From Patescibacteria group bacterium (GTDB lineage Bacteria; Patescibacteriota; Microgenomatia; Levybacterales; UBA12049), in assembly GCA_038063415.1 (NCBI GenBank), contig JBBTVD010000020.1, positions 11,629 through 75,628 on the forward strand: 64,000 bases of DNA, given 5' to 3'. The notes beneath the pieces were generated by a model. That model searched no databases. It saw nothing but the letters and a program-made list of their open reading frames with translations, and was not told where the DNA came from. This document shows positions 59,929 to 64,000 of the stretch, in pieces. Position 1 is the stretch's first letter. The number at the start of each line of letters is the position of its first letter. Both the position numbers and the translations under genes were made by a program.

Positions 59929-61035
59929 ATGAAAATACTCAACAAATTTTTTAGCCTTTTCTCACATGACATTGGTATTGATTTGGGAACTGCAAATACC
60001 TTGGTTTTTGTACGGGGTAAAGGTATTGTTATCCGTGAACCATCCGTCGTTGCGCGTCATAAGAAAACCAAACAGATTCTTGCCATTGGAACCGAAGCCA
60101 AAAAAATGCTTGGTAAGACGCCGGCTTCGATTATTACTGTCCGGCCTCTTCGCGGGGGAGTCATTGCAGATTTTGATGCGACTCAAGCAATGATTGAGCA
60201 TTACATCAAACAAGTGCACGAAATGGGGAATCCTCTGACTACGATGCTTGCCCGCCCAAAAGTAGTTATCGGGATTCCCTCAGCGGTAACTGAAGTAGAA
60301 CGAAGAGCTGTGTGGGAGGCTGCACTTGGTGCTGGAGCCCGGGAAGCATATCTCATTGAAGAGCCAATGGCTGGAGCGATAGGCGAGGGGATTTCTGTTT
60401 TCCAGTCAAAAGGAGTAATGGTTGTCGATATTGGTGGTGGGACAACAGAAATTGCTGTCATTTCTCTCGGTGGCATTGTGGTTGGTCAATCCCTCAAAGT
60501 AGCAGGCGACGACATGGATCAGAGTATTTTGCACTACATTCGTTTGCGTCATGGACTCCTTCTTGGAGAACGAACTGCTGAAGAAATCAAATTAAAAGTA
60601 GGTAGTGCCTATGAAAGAAGGGGAAAGGGGAAAGGGGAAAAGGGAAAGGAAGATGAACGTGAAAAGGAAAAGACGGAAAAATCAATGATCGTACGAGGGA
60701 GATATCTGGAAACAGGTCTTCCCAAAAGTATTCGAATTACTGAAGCCGAAATACGGGAAGCATTAACCCCTATCCTGACGCAAATTATCCAAGGGGTAGC
60801 AGATGTGCTTGAAGAAACGCCACCTGAACTGATTCCCGATATTCTTGAACATGGTATTCTTCTTACCGGTGGTGGTGCAAATCTTTCTGGGCTAGATCAA
60901 TTGCTCGTTGAGCGAGTACATATGCCAGTAGTTGTGTCGAGTGATCCTCTTACTTCTGTAGTACGGGGAACCGGTCGAGTGCTTGAGCGTGAAGATTTGC
61001 TTGAAAAAGTACGGGTTATTGGAGGGTTAAAATAA
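59929..61035 (+). CDS. mreB: Rod shape-determining protein MreB
   Basis: IGIDLGTANT, EPSVVA, VDIGGGTTE, LTGGGA. Confidence 0.97.
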   Translation: MKILNKFFSLFSHDIGIDLGTANTLVFVRGKGIVIREPSVVARHKKTKQILAIGTEAKKMLGKTPASIITVRPLRGGVIADFDATQAMIEHYIKQVHEMGNPLTTMLARPKVVIGIPSAVTEVERRAVWEAALGAGAREAYLIEEPMAGAIGEGISVFQSKGVMVVDIGGGTTEIAVISLGGIVVGQSLKVAGDDMDQSILHYIRLRHGLLLGERTAEEIKLKVGSAYERRGKGKGEKGKEDEREKEKTEKSMIVRGRYLETGLPKSIRITEAEIREALTPILTQIIQGVADVLEETPPELIPDILEHGILLTGGGANLSGLDQLLVERVHMPVVVSSDPLTSVVRGTGRVLEREDLLEKVRVIGGLK

Positions 61036-61040
61036 AGATA

Positions 61041-61958
61041 ATGAAAAAGAAAAAAGAACAAAAATCATCGCTTATTCAGATAGAAACTTCTGATGGACTA
61101 ACCCTTCCGGGGATATTCTATGAAGTTCCTCAGTCAAAAAAAGCAGCTATTTTTTTACATGGTAACGGAAGCGCGTCGGTATTTTATAAAGATGATTTTC
61201 GGGGAGGACAAGCAAAAGCTTTACAGGCACAAAGTATTGCTACATTATTATTTAATAACCGTGGAGCACACTATATAAAAAGTCTTCATGTGAAAAAAAA
61301 GAATGGGGAAGAAGAACGGGAATTATTTGGGATGACTTTTGAAAAGATTAAGGATTGTGTGTTTGATATTGACGCAGCGGTTACCTTTCTCAAGAAGCTT
61401 GGATACACCGAATTTTACCTCGTTGGTGAATCAACGGGAGCAAATAAAATTTGTGTGTATGATCACTACAAAAAAGATAATCTCATTGCTAAGTATATCT
61501 TGCTCGGAGGAGGGGATGATACCGGAATTTACTACGATATCCTTGGAAAAGAGTGCTTTAATCGTCTCCTAAAAGAAGCAAAAGAAAAAATTGCACAGAA
61601 AAAAGGGAAAGAGCTAATCGCCGAGTTATTGCCTGATGATTTTTTCTCGTATCAGGCTTTTTATGATACGGCAAATCCTGATGGAGACTATAATACGTTT
61701 CCTTTTCTGGAAGCATTGCGCGGGGTAAAGCTTTCTCAGAAGAAAAGGTTCCGTTATTTTCAAGCAATTAGGAAACCAACACTTGTTGTCTATGGTGAAA
61801 GCGATCAATATCTTTGGGGAGAGTTACCACGAATTATTTCGATACTGCGAGAAAAACAACCTGATGCCACGTATGCTACCATCCCGAATGCCGATCATGG
61901 TTTATCGGGTCATCAAAAAGAAGTCGGGAAGCTTATTGCACAGTGGCTTAGCAAATAA
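61041..61958 (+). CDS. Alpha/beta hydrolase (DUF1749-like)
   Basis: FLHGNG, GESTG nucleophile elbow, YGESD, ADHG. Confidence 0.8.
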   Translation: MKKKKEQKSSLIQIETSDGLTLPGIFYEVPQSKKAAIFLHGNGSASVFYKDDFRGGQAKALQAQSIATLLFNNRGAHYIKSLHVKKKNGEEERELFGMTFEKIKDCVFDIDAAVTFLKKLGYTEFYLVGESTGANKICVYDHYKKDNLIAKYILLGGGDDTGIYYDILGKECFNRLLKEAKEKIAQKKGKELIAELLPDDFFSYQAFYDTANPDGDYNTFPFLEALRGVKLSQKKRFRYFQAIRKPTLVVYGESDQYLWGELPRIISILREKQPDATYATIPNADHGLSGHQKEVGKLIAQWLSK

Positions 61959-61962
61959 AGCA

Positions 61963-61997
61963 AAATCCCCATAGCACAGACAAACTACGGGGATTTA
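61963..61997 (+). terminator. Hairpin terminator after the hydrolase
   Basis: AAATCCCC...GGGGATTT followed by ATTT. Confidence 0.5.
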
Positions 61998-62138
61998 TTT
62001 CTATCACTTCTGATCAGAAAAAGATAGTAAAACAACTATAGAAAAAAGACGTGAGAATAAAATAGGAAGTATGTAAGGATCGCGCAAGAAACTTCGACTC
62101 AGGTTGCCAGGAGGTGGCAAAGAGGCTACAATAGCCCT

Positions 62139-62924
62139 ATGCAACAGCGTGTTAGCTTTATTCGTTTTTTTCTCCTTTTTTTCTTCCTTTCTCTTAGTGT
62201 TTTTCTCCTTGCACGGATAGGTGTGCTTACCCCAATAACAGGCTTTTTTGAACAGGGGACAACTTCTCTACAAAAAGGAATGTTTGGTTTTTCTCATACG
62301 ACAGAAAAGTCTGATGAAATAACACTTCTTAAAGAAGAAAACAGAAAATTACGGACACAACTCGTCCAACAGAGCGAACTAAAAAAGGAAAATGAAGCAT
62401 TTCGTGATCAATTTGCAAAGACAACACTTCCAGCGAAAAAACTTATCCCGGCAACAGTTATTGGATTGTTAGAGTTCATCCCTGGAGAGTCAGTCAGTAC
62501 AAAGATGGTAATTGACAAGGGGAGTGCTGATGGTATTATCGTCGGAGACGTTGTTGTCTCTGAAGAGAATCTTTTGGGACGTGTGCAGCAAGCGTCTGTA
62601 CACCTCTCTATCGTTAGCCTGATTAGCAATCATGACAGTGTGATTACTGCTAAAACTCAGAAGACCAACGCTCTTGGCCTTATACAAGGGCAAGATAGCC
62701 CCAGCTTGCTCCTTGGTAATGTCATCCTCTCTGATAAGCTGGAAAAAAATGAGTTGGTTTTGACCAAAGGAGACGTTGATCAAAAAGGCGAGGGATACCC
62801 TCCTGATCTTATCATTGGCAAAATTGTTTCAGTAAATAAAAAAGCGAGTGATCTTTTCCAAGGAGCACAAGTGCAAAGTTTGGTTGATTTCTTAACATTA
62901 GAAACGGTTTTTATACTAAAGTAA
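62139..62924 (+). CDS. mreC: Rod shape-determining protein MreC
   Basis: TM, coiled coil, IDKGSADGI, LLGRV, YPPDLIIG. Confidence 0.9.
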   Translation: MQQRVSFIRFFLLFFFLSLSVFLLARIGVLTPITGFFEQGTTSLQKGMFGFSHTTEKSDEITLLKEENRKLRTQLVQQSELKKENEAFRDQFAKTTLPAKKLIPATVIGLLEFIPGESVSTKMVIDKGSADGIIVGDVVVSEENLLGRVQQASVHLSIVSLISNHDSVITAKTQKTNALGLIQGQDSPSLLLGNVILSDKLEKNELVLTKGDVDQKGEGYPPDLIIGKIVSVNKKASDLFQGAQVQSLVDFLTLETVFILK

Positions 62925-62927
62925 ATT

Positions 62928-63350
62928 TTGAAAATAAAGAATATGTTTATTTTTCTTCTTATTTTTCTCTTCATGAGCATCTTTCTTGAAGGTACGGTTA
63001 CAACCATGCCATTAGTTCTCATAACGCTGATTCTTGCAAGCATTTACTTTCGAGATTGGCGGGTATTTCCTTTGGCATTCTTCAGTGGTATGGTTTTGGA
63101 CATTTTTACCTTTAGGATAGGTGGATCTTCAAGCATCTTCTTTCTCTGTTGTGTCTTTTTGATACTTTTGTACCAACGAAAGTATGAAATACAAACAGTA
63201 TATTTTGTTGCTGTTGCTTCTTTTATCGCAGCTTTTTTGTACCTACTGCTTTTTGGATATGATGATAGCTTGCTGCAAGCCCTTGCCAGTGCTATAACAG
63301 GGGTAGTTATATTCACACTGCTGCAATATGTTCTGCGTAAAAAACACTAA
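62928..63350 (+). CDS. mreD: MreD-like membrane protein
   Basis: Multi-TM with FFSGMVLD; between mreC and mrdA. Confidence 0.7.
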   Translation: MKIKNMFIFLLIFLFMSIFLEGTVTTMPLVLITLILASIYFRDWRVFPLAFFSGMVLDIFTFRIGGSSSIFFLCCVFLILLYQRKYEIQTVYFVAVASFIAAFLYLLLFGYDDSLLQALASAITGVVIFTLLQYVLRKKH

Positions 63351-63353
63351 CCT

Positions 63354-64000
63354 ATGAAACCTGGACTCGCTTTTGGTGATCATATTAGAACAGAAAAAAT
63401 AAAACGACGTCATTATCGGGATGACTCAATCTCTGAAATGCCGTTGCGATTTCGTGGATTTTTATTTCCTGTAGTATTGGTGTTATTTGGTTTGCTCCTT
63501 TTGGGGAAACTTTTTTCGTTGCAAGTCGTTCACGGGGGAAAATATCAAACCCTTGCTGATTCCAATAGAATTCGTGCACAAGTTATTGGTGCTCCCCGAG
63601 GTGTTATTTTTGATAGACATGGATCGCCACTTGTTTACAATATTCCAGGATTCCGTCGTACCACATTTGATAAAAAGACTGGTGAAGTACGAGAAACCGA
63701 AGTAATACAAGCAGAAGAAGCGTTGGCTCAGATTGCAAAAGGCGATCATACAATTTCTGTTGATTCACTGCGAGAATATCCGTATAAAGACGCGATGAGT
63801 CATATTCTTGGCTATATTGGGCAAATTTCAGCTGAGGAGATAAAAACAGCTTCTTTTGTTGGCTATCCTTCAGATGCATGGATCGGTAAAAGTGGTATTG
63901 AAAAAGAATATGAACATGTTCTCAGGGGAGAAAACGGGCAACAACTAATTGAAGTAGACGCGATGGGCAAAAAAGTTCGCGCTTTAGGAGCATCAGATCC
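63354..64000 (+). CDS. mrdA: Penicillin-binding protein 2, 5' part (runs off window)
   Basis: Manual translation: TM, LQVVHG..Y..LADSNRIR, APRGVIFDRHG, REYPY, GKSGIEKEYE. Confidence 0.9.
   Translation, partial: MKPGLAFGDHIRTEKIKRRHYRDDSISEMPLRFRGFLFPVVLVLFGLLLLGKLFSLQVVHGGKYQTLADSNRIRAQVIGAPRGVIFDRHGSPLVYNIPGFRRTTFDKKTGEVRETEVIQAEEALAQIAKGDHTISVDSLREYPYKDAMSHILGYIGQISAEEIKTASFVGYPSDAWIGKSGIEKEYEHVLRGENGQQLIEVDAMGKKVRALGASD

Noticed and set aside
60615-60680. Purine-rich GGGAAA repeats in mreB
   Set aside because: In-frame low-complexity K/E/G loop insertion; no evidence of a separate element.
1-64000. Alternative genetic code (UGA=Gly as in Gracilibacteria/Absconditabacteria)
   Set aside because: Conserved genes are uninterrupted under code 11, and guaA ends at TGA directly after its conserved EWE terminus.

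Overview
This window looks like a Patescibacteria (CPR, Microgenomates-like) chromosome using genetic code 11. That call rests on gene content, L1/MreB extensions, many orphan ORFs and promoters abutting start codons. The backbone is the conserved minus-strand cluster tRNA-Thr/Tyr/Thr-rpmG-tRNA-Trp ... secE-nusG-rplK-rplA ... rplJ-rplL, split by a ~36 kb insertion after tRNA-Trp and a ~5 kb insertion after rplA. Housekeeping genes include glmS (with a glmS ribozyme), galU, guaA, rpmB, fmt, def and mreB-mreC-mreD-mrdA. Mobile DNA includes an IS1595 transporter-type element with passenger genes and an 8-bp TSD, an IS481 element, and two palindromic GTCATTGCG repeats. The most notable feature is at ~40.25-52.55 kb, directly 3' of tRNA-Trp: a stack of small integrase-less gene cassettes delimited by recurring bipartite att-like sites. 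Their geometry fits a large serine recombinase attP, giving an integron-like array that includes a 4,132-bp tandem duplication. Other candidates are an orphan ~175-nt structured RNA, a dead-helicase/sigma70 fusion and a 3'-end duplication of a BldC-like gene. All calls come from reading the sequence; no database searches were run.
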